Part shown: in pieces, positions 22,589 through 31,476 of the stretch
Layout: every line of letters begins with the position of its first letter
How positions within the stretch are numbered: position 1 is the stretch's first letter
NCBI GenBank assembly: GCA_963706695.1
Contig: CAVPNC010000013.1
Location: forward strand, 16,348-80,347
Reading direction: 5' to 3'
Length of the DNA stretch: 64,000 nucleotides
Origin: an uncultured Chloroflexia bacterium
Lineage (GTDB): Bacteria; Chloroflexota; Limnocylindria; Limnocylindrales; CSP1-4
Made by a program: the position numbers and the translations under genes
The notes under the pieces: model-generated
Told to the model about the DNA's origin: nothing
Database searches by the model: none
Seen by the model: only the letters and a program-made list of their open reading frames with translations

Positions 22589-24646
22589 ATGGACCTGGTC
22601 TTCAACGCGGAGGAGGGCGGCCTGCTCTTCATCCCGCCCGAGCCCGCGGGCGAGCTCGAGACGTTCCTCATCCTGCTCGTGCTGGCCCTGCCCCTCGCCG
22701 GCTTCCTGCTCACCGGTCTGGTCGGCCGTCGCTTGTCACGGCCGTGGGTCATCTCGGTCGCAGCCATCGTGGCCGCCACGCTGGTGGCTACCTACCTCGC
22801 CTTCGGGCAGCTGTCGGGCGCCTACGGCGAACATGGCATCCAGCACATGTTCTACACCTGGATCGGCGTCGCCGACCTGCAGGTGGAGTTCGGCTTCGTG
22901 CTCGACAACCTCTCGGCGCTGATGCTCATCGTGGTCACCTGGATCGGGGCCCTGGTGCACATCTACAGCATCGGCTACATGGAGCACGACCCGTCGAAGT
23001 GGCGCTTCTTCGCGTACCTCAACCTGTTCATGTTCTCGATGCTGCTGCTGGTGCTCGCGAGCAGCTACCTGGTGGTCTTCGGCGCGTGGGAGCTGGTGGG
23101 CCTGTCCTCCTACCTGCTCATCGGCTTCTGGTACACCAAGCGAGCGCCGGCGCTGGCCTCCAAGAAGGCCTTCCTCGTCAACCGCGTCGCCGACCACGGC
23201 TTCCTCGTCGGCATCATCGGCGTCTTCCTGATCACCGGAACGATGGACATCTTCACGTCCTTCGGCGCCTGGAACACGGCCACGGTGGACCCGCTCGTAC
23301 GCAACACCGTGGCCTTGCTGCTGTTCGTGGGTGCGGCCGGCAAGAGCGCCCAGTTCCCCTTCCACGTCTGGCTGCCGGACGCGATGGAGGGCCCCACGCC
23401 GGTTTCCGCGCTCATCCATGCCGCGACCATGGTCAACGCCGGTGTCTACTTCATCGCCCGCACCACGCCCATCTTCGCCTCCGCGCCGGAGGCGCTGCTG
23501 GTGGTGGCGCTGCTGGGCACGTTCACGGCAGTCCTGGCCGCGACCATCGCGCTGACCCAGAAGGACATCAAGCGCGTCCTGGCCTACTCCACCCTGAGCC
23601 AGCTGGGCTACATGTTCATGGCCCTGGGTGTGGGTGCCTGGCTGGCGGCCATCTTCCACCTCATGGCCCACGGCTTCACCAAGGGCCTGCTCTTCCTCGG
23701 CTCCGGCTCGGTCATCCACGCGATGCACGAGGAGCAGGACATGACCAAGATGGGCGGGCTCTGGCGCAAGATCCCGTGGACCCACGCGACCTTCCTCATC
23801 GGCGCCCTGTCGCTCGCGGGGATCCCGCTCTTCGCCGGCTTCTTCTCGAAGGACCTGATCCTCGACGAGGCCTTCGTCCTCGGCTGGTGGCCGGTGTTCA
23901 TCGTGGGCATCATCGTGGCCGCGCTGACCGGCTTCTACATGTTCCGGCTCATGGGCCTGACCTTCTACGGCAAGAGCCGCGTGGACCCGGAGGTCGAGCC
24001 CAAGATCCATGAATCACCGCCCTCGATGGTGGCCCCGCTGGTCCTGCTCTCCATCCCGACCATGTTCCTGGGCCTGGTCATCGGGACCGGACTCTTCGTC
24101 AACGACAGTGGCAAGGTCGCCTTCGACCCGGGCGGACCGGTGCTCGGGATCTCGCCCATCAAGAAGTGGCTGGAACCGGTCTTCCATCCGGGCGAGGTCA
24201 TCCTCGGCATCACCTTCCCCGAGTACGAGTTCTTCGGCCTCAACGGCACGTTGCTGGTCATCTCGGTGGCGATGGCAGCCCTGGGCATCGGCGCGGCCAT
24301 CTGGCTCTTCGGTGTCTTCAACTCGCGCGCTCGCCTCGAGACCGTGGACAGCCTGACCCAGCGCAACCGGGTCAGCCGCTTCCTCTACACCGCGTCGCTC
24401 AACAAGTGGTACTTCGATGACCTCAACCACTACCTCTTCTACGTCATCGGCGGGCGCGTGGCCAACGGCGTGATGTGGTTCGACGTCAGGATCATCGACG
24501 GAGTGGTCAACGGCGTCGGCGCCGTGACCCAGCGCATCGGTGACGACGTTCGCCAGATCCAGACGGGCCGCGTGCAGAACTACGCTCTCGGCATCGCCAT
24601 CGGCCTCATCGTCATCGCCACGCTCTTCATGCTGATGGCCCGCTGA
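22589..24646 (+). CDS. nuoL: NADH-quinone oxidoreductase subunit L (ND5)
   Basis: WELVGLSSYLLIGFWY, GKSAQFPFHVWLPDAMEGPTPVSALIHAATMV and a long C-terminal lateral-helix region. 685 aa. Confidence 0.95.
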   Translation: MDLVFNAEEGGLLFIPPEPAGELETFLILLVLALPLAGFLLTGLVGRRLSRPWVISVAAIVAATLVATYLAFGQLSGAYGEHGIQHMFYTWIGVADLQVEFGFVLDNLSALMLIVVTWIGALVHIYSIGYMEHDPSKWRFFAYLNLFMFSMLLLVLASSYLVVFGAWELVGLSSYLLIGFWYTKRAPALASKKAFLVNRVADHGFLVGIIGVFLITGTMDIFTSFGAWNTATVDPLVRNTVALLLFVGAAGKSAQFPFHVWLPDAMEGPTPVSALIHAATMVNAGVYFIARTTPIFASAPEALLVVALLGTFTAVLAATIALTQKDIKRVLAYSTLSQLGYMFMALGVGAWLAAIFHLMAHGFTKGLLFLGSGSVIHAMHEEQDMTKMGGLWRKIPWTHATFLIGALSLAGIPLFAGFFSKDLILDEAFVLGWWPVFIVGIIVAALTGFYMFRLMGLTFYGKSRVDPEVEPKIHESPPSMVAPLVLLSIPTMFLGLVIGTGLFVNDSGKVAFDPGGPVLGISPIKKWLEPVFHPGEVILGITFPEYEFFGLNGTLLVISVAMAALGIGAAIWLFGVFNSRARLETVDSLTQRNRVSRFLYTASLNKWYFDDLNHYLFYVIGGRVANGVMWFDVRIIDGVVNGVGAVTQRIGDDVRQIQTGRVQNYALGIAIGLIVIATLFMLMAR

Positions 24647-26199
24647 TGACCGACTTCCTCGAACGTCCCGACCTGCTCACGCTGCTGATCCTCACGCCGC
24701 TCATCGGCGCGCTGATCCTGCTCTTCGTGCCCGGAAGGCGTGAGGACATCCATCGCTGGGGCGCCTTCGCCATCTCGCTGGTGGCCGTGGGCATCTCGCT
24801 GCTCATCGCGCTCAGCTTCGACAACGAGCGCGAGGGCTTCCAGCTCGTGCAGGAGGTCGACTGGATCGGCTTCTTCGGCATCCAGTACAAGGTCGGCGTG
24901 GACGGCATCAGCCTGGTCCTGGTGCTGCTCACGACGCTCCTGACGTCGATCAGCATCCTGGCCTCGTTCGGTCCCATCAAGACGCGCGTGAAGGAATACA
25001 TGATCGCCTTCCTCGTGCTGGAGGTGGGCATGCTGGGCGTGTTCCTGAGCCTTGACCTCTTCCTCTTCTACGTCTTCTGGGAAGTGGTGCTCGTGCCCAT
25101 GTACCTGATCATCGGTATCTGGGGCGGGGCCAACCGCATCTACGCCACCATCAAGTTCGTCATCTACACGCTGGTGGGCTCGCTCCTGATGCTGGTCGCC
25201 ATCCTGGCCATCGCGTGGACGTACGCACAGGAGACCGGCTCGTGGGTGGGTGCCTTCGACTACACCACGCTGGTCGAGTTCGGCTTCGACCCGACCCTGC
25301 AGTTCTGGGCCTTCCTGGGCTTCTTCCTGGCCTTCGCCATCAAGATCCCGATGTGGCCCCTGCACACGTGGCTGCCCGATGCCCACACCGAAGCCCCCAC
25401 GGCCGGTTCGGTCATCCTCGCGGGTGTCCTGCTCAAGCTCGGCGGGTATGGGCTCATCCGCATGAACCTGCCGCTCTTCCCCGACGCCACGCAGGACCTG
25501 GCCCCGTTCGTCATCGCGCTCTCGATCGTGGGCATGCTCTACGGCGCCATCGTGGCCATCCGTCAGACCGACCTCAAACGCCTCATCGCCTACTCGTCGG
25601 TCAGCCACATGGGCTTCGTCACGCTGGGCATCTTCGTGCTCAACGAACAGGGCGTGCAGGGCGCCATCTTCCAGATGGTCGGCCACGGCGTCATCACGGG
25701 TGCGCTCTTCCTCCTCGTGGGCGTCATCTACGAGCGCACCCACGACCGCACCATCGCCAAGATGGGTGGCCTGGGCCAGCGCGTGCCGGTCTTCGCCACG
25801 CTGATGGTCTTCTTCAGCCTGGCCTCGGCGGGCCTGCCTGGCCTGGCCGGCTTCGTGGGGGAGTTCCTGGTCATCCTGGGCGCCGTGACGTGGGAGCCCT
25901 GGGTCGGCTACGTGGCCGCCTTCACCATCATCTTCGCGGCGGTCTACCTGCTCTACATGGTCCAGAACATCATCATGGGCGACGTCACCGACTTCCTCAA
26001 GGGCCTGGGTGACAAGCTCACCGACGTCAGCCGCGTCGAGGTCGCCACGCTGGCGCCGCTGGTGCTGCTAACGGTGGTGCTGGGCCTCTTCCCGGCGCTC
26101 GTGCTGGACATCACGGCCATGCCGGTCGACCTCATCCTCGAGGTCGTGGCCAACGCCGCTGATGCCGCTGCCGAGTCGACCGCGGGGCTGCTGCCATGA
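24646..26199 (+). CDS. nuoM: NADH-quinone oxidoreductase subunit M (ND4)
   Basis: FYVFWEVVLVPMYLIIGIWGG, KIPMWPLHTWLPDAHTEAPTAGSVILAGVLLKLGGYG. Confidence 0.95.
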   Translation: MTDFLERPDLLTLLILTPLIGALILLFVPGRREDIHRWGAFAISLVAVGISLLIALSFDNEREGFQLVQEVDWIGFFGIQYKVGVDGISLVLVLLTTLLTSISILASFGPIKTRVKEYMIAFLVLEVGMLGVFLSLDLFLFYVFWEVVLVPMYLIIGIWGGANRIYATIKFVIYTLVGSLLMLVAILAIAWTYAQETGSWVGAFDYTTLVEFGFDPTLQFWAFLGFFLAFAIKIPMWPLHTWLPDAHTEAPTAGSVILAGVLLKLGGYGLIRMNLPLFPDATQDLAPFVIALSIVGMLYGAIVAIRQTDLKRLIAYSSVSHMGFVTLGIFVLNEQGVQGAIFQMVGHGVITGALFLLVGVIYERTHDRTIAKMGGLGQRVPVFATLMVFFSLASAGLPGLAGFVGEFLVILGAVTWEPWVGYVAAFTIIFAAVYLLYMVQNIIMGDVTDFLKGLGDKLTDVSRVEVATLAPLVLLTVVLGLFPALVLDITAMPVDLILEVVANAADAAAESTAGLLP

Positions 26200-27725
26200 G
26201 CGACGACGTGCTGACCCTGCTGCCGTTCGTGCTCGTGGTGGCCACGGCCCTGCTGGTCATCCTGGTGGATCTCTTCTGGCCCCGGCGCAACGAGCTGGTC
26301 ATGGCGGTCGGGCTGGGCGGTCTCAGCGCGGCCCTCGTGGCCACGCTGCTCATCGGGCCCATGCCCTGGGACTTCGCCAGCCTGAGCGAGGCTTCGTCCT
26401 TCGGTGACCCCGCGCTCTACACGCGAGACCTGCTGACGTCGCTGCTCGACTTCACCCTCATCGCCATCGGCATCCTGACGCTGCTCTTCGCCCCCGACTA
26501 CCTCACCCCGCGCAAGCTGCCCCTGGCCGAGTTCACCGCCACACTCATCTTCGCCGTCAGCGGCGGCATGCTCATCGCCGGCGGCCAGGACATGCTGGTG
26601 CTCTTCATCGGGCTCGAGCTGCTGGTGCTGCCGGGCTACCTGCTGGCGGGCTTCGCCAAGCGTGACGGGCTCTCCACCGAGGGCGCCATCAAGTACTTCC
26701 TGCTGGGCTCCTTCTCCAGCGCCATCCTGCTGTTCGGCCTGGCCTTCGTCATCGGCTACACCGGCAACACCCAGCTCGCCGGCATCGCCGAGGCGCTCTC
26801 GGGCGTGCTCGACGGGAACGCGGCCCTGCCGTTGGCGCTGGCCATGGGCCTGGCCCTGCTGGCGGTGGGCGTGCTGTTCAAGATCGCCGCGGTGCCCTTC
26901 CACTACTGGACGCCGGACGCCTACCAGGGCTCGCCCACGCCTGTCACCGGCTACCTCTCGGTCGGTCCCAAGATCGCCGCCTTCGCGCTCATCCTGCGCA
27001 TCTTCGTGGAGGCCCTGGGGCCACTCCGCGGCGAGTGGGCCCTCATCGTGGGCGTGCTCGCCGGCCTGACCATGACCGTGGGCAACCTGGCGGCCCTGGG
27101 CCAGGACAACATCAAGCGCATGTTGGCCTACTCGTCCATCGCCCACACCGGCTACATCATGGTCGGTCTCGTGGTCTTCGCCACGGCTGAGAACCGTGAC
27201 GCAGCCGCGGCTGGCGTGCAAGCCGTGCTCTTCTACGCGGTGGCCTACGCCTTCATGAACCTCGGTGCCTTCGCGGTCGTGGCCGCGCTGCAGCGGCGCC
27301 CCGGCATCACCAGCCAGATCTCCACCTTCGCTGGCCTCGGCTATCGCGCCCCGGTGCTGGCCCTGGCCATGACCGTCTTCCTGCTCTCCCTGGTGGGCAT
27401 CCCGCCGCTGGCCGGCTTCTTCGCCAAGATGACCGTGGTGCTGTCGGCCCTCGAGGTCGGCGGGCCCATGACCCTGCTGGCGGTGCTGATGATGCTGAAC
27501 GCAGCCATGGCCGCCTTCTACTACCTGCGCGTGGTCGTCTACATGTACATGCGCAAGCCGGAGGGCGCCGCCGCCGAGGTGAGCGTGGGCACGGTCACCC
27601 GCGTCGGGCTCATCGTGGCCGCGGCTGCAGTCATCGTGATCGGCCTCGTGCCACCGGTGACCGGCGCCATCCTGGACTGGACGGAGGCGGCCGCGCAGAG
27701 CCTCGTGCTCCTCATCGACTTCTAG
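26196..27725 (+). CDS. nuoN: NADH-quinone oxidoreductase subunit N (ND2)
   Basis: GLELLVLPGYLL, KIAAVPFHYWTPDAYQGSPTPVTGYLS. Last gene of the operon; ATGA overlap with nuoM. Confidence 0.95.
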   Translation: MSDDVLTLLPFVLVVATALLVILVDLFWPRRNELVMAVGLGGLSAALVATLLIGPMPWDFASLSEASSFGDPALYTRDLLTSLLDFTLIAIGILTLLFAPDYLTPRKLPLAEFTATLIFAVSGGMLIAGGQDMLVLFIGLELLVLPGYLLAGFAKRDGLSTEGAIKYFLLGSFSSAILLFGLAFVIGYTGNTQLAGIAEALSGVLDGNAALPLALAMGLALLAVGVLFKIAAVPFHYWTPDAYQGSPTPVTGYLSVGPKIAAFALILRIFVEALGPLRGEWALIVGVLAGLTMTVGNLAALGQDNIKRMLAYSSIAHTGYIMVGLVVFATAENRDAAAAGVQAVLFYAVAYAFMNLGAFAVVAALQRRPGITSQISTFAGLGYRAPVLALAMTVFLLSLVGIPPLAGFFAKMTVVLSALEVGGPMTLLAVLMMLNAAMAAFYYLRVVVYMYMRKPEGAAAEVSVGTVTRVGLIVAAAAVIVIGLVPPVTGAILDWTEAAAQSLVLLIDF

Positions 27726-28689
27726 CGCCTCGGCGGCGAGCACCCCGCAGCGCCTCCGGGCGGCGCTCTTCGCCCCGGGATCCCCGTTCACGCGCCAGGC
27801 GGGAGAGGAAGCGGGCACTCTCGTCGGCCTCGCCGAACACGAGGTCGGCCCGCCGCGCCATCTCCCGGGTGTCCGCGGCCGGGCTGGCCACGGCGATAGC
27901 CAAGCCCTCGATCCGGCCCTGCTGGCGCAAGCTGCGGAGCGCATCGAAGGCCTCGGCGTCGTGCTTGTCGTCACCCATCATCACCACCGTCTCCGGCTGG
28001 TGCTGCTCGATGAGTCGCGCCAGGGTGCGGGCCTTGGTCGTGGCGCCACGCGGTCGCAGCTCCCACGCTCGCCGGCCGCCGGGCTGGTCGAGGAGGCCTT
28101 CACGATCGACCGCGTCGACAGCCTCGCGCACCCGGGCCCGAGCCGCTGCGATGTCCGGTGCACGCCGGAAGTGGAAGGTCACGGCCGGGCCCTTGTCCTC
28201 GACCACGAGCCACTCGCGATCGACGCGGCGCGGGACCTCCGCCTTGAGTCGCTCAGCCATGGCCACGGTCGCGGGGGGCACTGGCTCGTGCTCGATGACC
28301 AGGCGCTCCGGCCTCGATCCGCGGCGGGCGAGGGCCCACTCCGCGCCGTGGTCGCCGTGGTAGCTGGCGCCGCCCACCCGCACCCGTGGCGCGAGGTCGG
28401 CCACGGTCCGCCCGGAGATGAAGGCCACGTTGGTGTCAGGCGCGGCGGCCATCCGGCGCAGCGCACGCTGTGCCGCAGGGATGACGAGCACGGCCCACAT
28501 GTCCATCGAGAGGCGCGAGATGGTGCCATCGAAGTCGGTCGCCACCAACAGCCTGCCTGCCAGGTTCGGGCGGAGACGCGCGAGGGCCTCACCCGCGGAC
28601 GTCAGCACCACGTCGGAGTCGGCCGAGCCTTCAGAAACCAGCGAGGACCTCCTCGTCAGAGCCGACCGAGGCACCCGCGCGCCGCTCAC
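27712..28689 (-). CDS. otsB: trehalose-6-phosphate phosphatase (HAD family)
   Basis: HAD motif I LLVATDFDGTIS, ISGRTVADL and motif III VMMGDDKHDAEAFDAL. The 5' end is uncertain: the listed start overlaps the upstream MFS gene by 59 nt. The 3' end overlaps nuoN convergently by 14 nt. Confidence 0.8.
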   Translation of the reverse strand: MSGARVPRSALTRRSSLVSEGSADSDVVLTSAGEALARLRPNLAGRLLVATDFDGTISRLSMDMWAVLVIPAAQRALRRMAAAPDTNVAFISGRTVADLAPRVRVGGASYHGDHGAEWALARRGSRPERLVIEHEPVPPATVAMAERLKAEVPRRVDREWLVVEDKGPAVTFHFRRAPDIAAARARVREAVDAVDREGLLDQPGGRRAWELRPRGATTKARTLARLIEQHQPETVVMMGDDKHDAEAFDALRSLRQQGRIEGLAIAVASPAADTREMARRADLVFGEADESARFLSRLARERGSRGEERRPEALRGARRRGARSR

Positions 28690-30217
28690 GCATGAACCAG
28701 GCCGGCACCGCCGCGATGACGAGCACGATGGCCGCCACCACGAAGAGCGAGCCCAGCACCTCCGCCGCCTCGGCCGAGGCCCAGCGCTCGATGGCGTCGA
28801 GGACCAAGGGATCCGCCAGCGGCTGTCCCACCAGGTCCGGCGGCAGGATGGCGTCGCGATAGGCCTGGTCGTCGAGGGCCTTGGTGGTCTGGTCGATGCG
28901 GGTCGTTCCGAAGGCCGTGAGCACGGCCATGCCGATGGCCATGCCCGCCATGCGCGCCACCGTCACGGCGGCGCTGGCCGCCCCGAACGCGTCGCGTCCG
29001 GCCGCCTCCACCGCCGCCATCGAGCGCGGCGTCACGGTCAAGCCGAAGCCGAGGCCGAAGAGCGAGAGCGACACCACCGGGATCCACAGCGGGGTGTCGA
29101 TGCGCGTGGTCGAGAGCCAAAGCAGGCCGGCCACGCTGGCCGCGAGGCCCACGAGGGTCACGGCCGTGGCGTCGAAGCGCCGCATGAGGAACCCGGAGAC
29201 GAAGGCGCCGACGGCCATGAACAGGGCCATGGATCCCAGCACCACGGCCTGCTCGTCGGGACCAGCGAAACGGACGCGGTCGATGAAGGCGGCCATGCCC
29301 ACGATGGCGGTGGCCAGGGCATAGCCGGTGAGCAGGCTCACCAGCACCGCGCCGCTGAAGATCCTGTCGGCGAACAGGCGCAGATCCAGGAAGGGCTCGG
29401 GAACGCGCAGCATGCGTCGGATGGCGAGGCTGCCCGTGATCATCGCCACCACGCTGGCGATGGGGATGACCGGCAGGTCACCGGGCTCGTCTCCGATGAG
29501 CGTGACCGCCAGCAGCGCGCTGGTGAGGGCCACGCTGAAGAGCACGGCGCCGACCGCGTCCATGCGTGAGCTGCCCGGCTTCACATCCCAGCCAGGCGCG
29601 GCCGCCCAGACGTAGATGGCGGCCAGGCCGGCCAGGGGCACCGTCACGTAGAAGACCCAGCGCCAGGCCGGGGTGAGCAGGTCGACCGCCGTGCCGGCCC
29701 AGACGTCGATCGAGGCGAGCGCGTCGCGCAGGTCGAGGTACTCGAGGATGAGCGCGCCCAGCACCGGACCGATGGCCATGCCCAGGAAGGTCGCGGCGCC
29801 GATGAGGCCGAGGGCCCGCGAGCGGCTGTGCCCGCCGTAGAGATGGCTGGCACCGGCCGTGGCCACGGGCAGGATGGCACCGGCGCCGGCGCCCTGGATG
29901 ACCCGCCCAAGCACGAGCACCTCCAGCGTGCCCGCGGCCCCGCACACGAGCGAGCCGGCGGCGAACACGAGCAGGGCCAGGATCATCAGGTTGGGCAGGC
30001 CGAAGCGATCGGCCGCTCGCCCGGCCAGGGGCATGGCCGCGATGTAGGCCACGAGGTAGGCCGTGACGATCCACGAGGCACGTCGCAGCTCGGTCCAGCC
30101 GGACAGGTCAAGGAAGATCTCGGGCAGCGCCACGGCGGTGATGAAGAGCTCGATGCCGACGAGCAGGACACCCAGGCACAGGGCGGCCAGCATCACCGCG
30201 CGCGACGCGCGACTCAC
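28631..30217 (-). CDS. MFS transporter, DHA2-like (14 TM)
   Basis: About 14 hydrophobic helices and MFS motif A PLAGRAADRFG. GTG start at 30217. Confidence 0.88.
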   Translation of the reverse strand: MSRASRAVMLAALCLGVLLVGIELFITAVALPEIFLDLSGWTELRRASWIVTAYLVAYIAAMPLAGRAADRFGLPNLMILALLVFAAGSLVCGAAGTLEVLVLGRVIQGAGAGAILPVATAGASHLYGGHSRSRALGLIGAATFLGMAIGPVLGALILEYLDLRDALASIDVWAGTAVDLLTPAWRWVFYVTVPLAGLAAIYVWAAAPGWDVKPGSSRMDAVGAVLFSVALTSALLAVTLIGDEPGDLPVIPIASVVAMITGSLAIRRMLRVPEPFLDLRLFADRIFSGAVLVSLLTGYALATAIVGMAAFIDRVRFAGPDEQAVVLGSMALFMAVGAFVSGFLMRRFDATAVTLVGLAASVAGLLWLSTTRIDTPLWIPVVSLSLFGLGFGLTVTPRSMAAVEAAGRDAFGAASAAVTVARMAGMAIGMAVLTAFGTTRIDQTTKALDDQAYRDAILPPDLVGQPLADPLVLDAIERWASAEAAEVLGSLFVVAAIVLVIAAVPAWFMRERRAGASVGSDEEVLAGF

Positions 30218-30358
30218 ACGCGGACCCCGTGGCGGGCGGCGATCGCACCCTCACAGCCGAGGGCGGTACGGGACGAGGCGACCATGGCGGCATCATGGGC
30301 CAGCGGTCAAGAGTGCGCACGTGCTACGCGCCCCTTCGCGTCTGCCTGCCGGCCGCGC

Positions 30359-30419
30359 TTGACAAGGTGCAGTCGCGCGCTCTAGCATCAACAACGCCTT
30401 ATATAAAGGCTAGTTGTTG
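30359..30419 (+). promoter_or_regulatory. candidate sigma-70-type promoter (TTGACA-18-TAGCAT) with an abutting nested inverted repeat, a putative ArsR-family operator
   Basis: TTGACA at 30359-64 and TAGCAT at 30383-88. The palindrome is CAACAAC-GCCTT-atata-AAGGC-ta-GTTGTTG (30389-30419), in the only AT-rich patch of the MFS/arsR divergent spacer. Confidence 0.45.
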
Positions 30420-30448
30420 TTTCGAGCCGAGCGCCTGGAGGAGGGAGC

Positions 30449-30781
30449 TTGCCCAGTCCGGCACGCGTCCGCTCGACCATCGCCGCGGTCACCGATCCGC
30501 CCCCGGATCTGAAGGACGTGGCGCTGGTCCACAAGGCCCTTGCCGACCCCACCCGGCTGCGCATCCTCCAGCGCCTCGCGGAAGGGGACGGCACCGTCAC
30601 CGACCTCATGCGCCACGTCGACCTGAGCCAGCCGCTCGTGTCGTGGCATCTGCGCCGACTGCGCACTGCCGGTCTCGTCGAGACCCGTCGCCAGGGTCGA
30701 GAAACCATCTGCAGCCTCGGTCGCGAGGCCCTGCTGCAGTTCCACGCACAGGAGCTCGCGCTCCTGGGGATCGAGGGGTAG
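30449..30781 (+). CDS. ArsR/SmtB-family transcriptional regulator
   Basis: Winged HTH LADPTRLRILQRLAEGDGTVTDLMRHVDLSQPLVSWHLRRLRTAGLV. No ELCVCDL-type metal site. TTG start with a GGAGGAGGGA SD. Confidence 0.88.
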   Translation: MPSPARVRSTIAAVTDPPPDLKDVALVHKALADPTRLRILQRLAEGDGTVTDLMRHVDLSQPLVSWHLRRLRTAGLVETRRQGRETICSLGREALLQFHAQELALLGIEG

Positions 30782-30783
30782 TC

Positions 30784-31449
30784 GTGGGCAAGGGATCGTT
30801 CATCTCACCGGAGCAGCGCTCCGGCATCCGCGCCAAGGTCGAGCCCATCGCCTTGGCCATGTCTCGAGCAGGGCTCACGCCCAATATGCTCACGCTCATC
30901 GGCTTCGGCATCGCCTCGCTGGGTGGCGTGCTGGCCGCTGTCGAATGGTGGTTGCTCGCCGGCATCGTGGCCACGGCCGGTGCGGGCTTCGACATGTTCG
31001 ATGGGGCGGTCGCGCGCGCCACTGGGCAGGTAAGCAAGCTCGGCGCCTTCATGGACAGCACCTTCGACCGTTGGGGAGAGGGGATCGTCTATCTGGGCAT
31101 CGTCATCGGCTCCACGCGAGCAGGCTTCGATCTCGGAGCCTGGCTGGCGTCCGCAGCGCTGGTCTCGGCCTTCATGGTCAGCTACACCCGCGCCAAGAGC
31201 GAGTCGCTCGGCTTCTCCAGTGGTACCGGCATGGCCGCGATCGGATTCGCTCCGCGCGAGGTCCGCACGGTCATCCTCGGCATCGCTGTCGTCGTCGCCG
31301 GCATCTTCGGCGTCACGCCGGAGCTGTCGGACCCCGGCAGCCTCAGCCTCGCGATCGGCCTCGGCCTCATCGCCCTGCTGGCCACCATCACGGTGATCCA
31401 GCGCATCCGCTTCGTGACCTCGCAACCACCCAACCCGGGCAACGACTGA
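30784..31449 (+). CDS. pgsA1: CDP-alcohol phosphatidyltransferase, phosphatidylinositol-phosphate synthase-like (PgsA1-like)
   Basis: Signature D-x2-DG-x2-AR-x8-G-x3-D-x3-D, read as FDMFDGAVARATGQVSKLGAFMDSTFDRWGE. About 6 TM helices. The GTG at 30784 lies 3 nt after the arsR stop. Neighbours are ino1, acyltransferases and pimA. Confidence 0.8.
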   Translation: MGKGSFISPEQRSGIRAKVEPIALAMSRAGLTPNMLTLIGFGIASLGGVLAAVEWWLLAGIVATAGAGFDMFDGAVARATGQVSKLGAFMDSTFDRWGEGIVYLGIVIGSTRAGFDLGAWLASAALVSAFMVSYTRAKSESLGFSSGTGMAAIGFAPREVRTVILGIAVVVAGIFGVTPELSDPGSLSLAIGLGLIALLATITVIQRIRFVTSQPPNPGND

Positions 31450-31476
31450 TACCGGACAAGGCAGGAGACATCCCCC

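Noticed and set aside
14053-27974. Multiple long antisense or alternative-frame ORFs across the nuo operon (for example 14053..15531 -, 15345..16442 -, 17437..19026 -, 22736..24010 -, 22744..24012 +, 24580..25743 -, 25953..27974 -).
   Set aside because: Their composition is charged and Arg/His/Gly-rich with no TM or cofactor motifs. The plus-strand annotated frames carry canonical Nuo signatures and tight start-stop coupling.
28631-28689. 59-nt same-strand overlap between the MFS 3' end and the otsB 5' end, considered as a possible programmed overlap.
   Set aside because: It is more likely an over-extended otsB start call. Internal GTG/CTG codons before the HAD motif I would remove most of the overlap.
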